Shown one piece after another: positions 18,262-19,325 of a stretch of 19,325 nucleotides of DNA. Made by a program: the position numbers and the translations under genes. Source of the stretch: a virus; the UHGV virus genome UHGV-0136548; one strand, 5' to 3'. Under the pieces are notes generated by a model that saw only the letters and a program-made list of their open reading frames with translations, did not search any database and was not told where the DNA came from. The stretch's first letter is position 1. Each line of letters starts with the position of its first letter.

Positions 18262-18651
18262 ATGGACTTCCCTTCTCCTGCGGCGGATTATGTTGAAAGC
18301 CGAATTTCTCTTGATCAGCAGATAATTAGACATCCTTCAGCGACCTACTTCATGCGGGCAGCTGATAGCCATCACCGTGAGGGAATATTGCAGGGTGCTT
18401 TGCTGGTGGTTGATTCCTCGCTTACTCCGGTTGATGGTTCTCTGCTTGTGTGCGCTATGGAGGGTGAATATCGCATAAAGAGATACAGGAAGTATCCGCG
18501 CCAGCACCTGGAGGATTTAAGCACCGGGAAGAAAGAGGCGTTACCAGTAGATGACGATGGATACACGGGCAGTAATGCTGTTTTTGGTGTGATCACTCAT
18601 GTCATCAATGATGCCCGAAGTGGGGAATTTGATGATTGTCCGGTTATTTAA
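18262..18651 (+). CDS. humD: UmuD-like S24 peptidase family protein
   Basis: 129 aa. FPSPAADY...HPSATYFMRAADSHHREGI...EYRIKRY parallels the UmuD/LexA C-terminal domain (Ser and Lys present). GAGGT RBS; SOS box upstream. Confidence 0.8.
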   Translation: MDFPSPAADYVESRISLDQQIIRHPSATYFMRAADSHHREGILQGALLVVDSSLTPVDGSLLVCAMEGEYRIKRYRKYPRQHLEDLSTGKKEALPVDDDGYTGSNAVFGVITHVINDARSGEFDDCPVI

Positions 18652-18723
18652 GCTGCAAAGTGCTGGTGCTTTATGCCTGTGAAGTTTATAATTGTGTACA
18701 CATAACGAGTACACGAGGTGTTT

Positions 18724-18945
18724 ATGCAATCCATTAACTTCCGTACCGCGCGTGGCAACCTTTCTGAAGTGCTCAACAATGTTGAAGCCGGGGAAGAGGT
18801 TGAAATCACCCGCAGAGGCCGTGAGCCAGCAGTAATTGTCAGCAAGGCTACTTTCGAAGCCTACAAAAAAGCGGCGCTGGATGCTGAATTTGCATCCCTG
18901 TTTGACACCCTGGACTCCACCAACAAGGAACTGGTTAACCGATAA
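18724..18945 (+). CDS. phd: Phd antitoxin (Phd/YefM family)
   Basis: [49 protein letters not shown]... matches my recollection of P1 Phd (73 aa). GAGGTG RBS. The track's longer ORF starts at an upstream GTG. Stop overlaps the doc start. Confidence 0.9.
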
Positions 18946-19325
18946 TGAGGCATATATCACCGGAAGAACTTATTGCGCTTCATGATGCGAATATAAGCCG
19001 CTACGGCGGCCTGCCGGGAATGTCTGATCCGGGTAGGGCAGAGGCCATTATCGGGAGAGTTCAGGCCAGAGTTGCCTACGAAGAGATCACCGACCTTTTC
19101 GAAGTCTCCGCCACCTACCTGGTGGCTACAGCGAGAGGGCATATATTCAATGATGCCAATAAGCGTACCGCGCTAAACAGTGCGCTGCTATTTCTACGCC
19201 GTAACGGGGTGCAGGTATTTGATTCACCTGAACTGGCAGACCTTACTGTAGGCGCTGCGACTGGCGAGATATCTGTATCTTCTGTCGCCGACACGTTACG
19301 TAGATTGTATGGTTCTGCGGAGTAG
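18945..19325 (+). CDS. doc: Doc toxin (Fic-domain kinase)
   Basis: 126 aa matching my recollection of P1 Doc, including the Fic motif HIFNDANKR. Translationally coupled to phd; stop is the last codon of the window. Confidence 0.9.

Overview
This window reads as a segment of a P1-like temperate phage or phage-plasmid of Enterobacteriaceae. The right end carries a cluster I recognise from memory as P1 hot - LexA box - humD - phd - doc (Phd antitoxin and Doc Fic-type toxin sequences match my recollection of P1; hot is a clear HolE/theta homologue). The left 5 kb is a leftward operon of virion/baseplate-type genes, ending at a bidirectional terminator. A divergent control region at about 5.03-5.17 kb separates it from a long rightward array of tightly packed, often translationally coupled accessory genes: a TraR/DksA-like zinc finger, a VRR-NUC nuclease, two tandem paralogous Rossmann-like proteins, a lambda-type Ser/Thr phosphatase (ppp), a DxD-motif protein, a coiled-coil protein, a HAD-like phosphatase, a PD-(D/E)xK protein, a DUF551 protein and several micro-ORFs. 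A 17-bp motif that I recall as the P1 C1 operator consensus (ATTGCTCTAATAAATTT) occurs four times at operon boundaries. I see no rRNA, tRNA, CRISPR array, IS element or integrase. No single compelling novel system stands out; the candidates worth a second look are the paralog-phosphatase-DxD block, a low-GC three-gene island, and a 660-bp non-coding region with a near-consensus promoter and a divergent hydrophobic micro-ORF. All family assignments are from reading motifs by eye; no searches were run.
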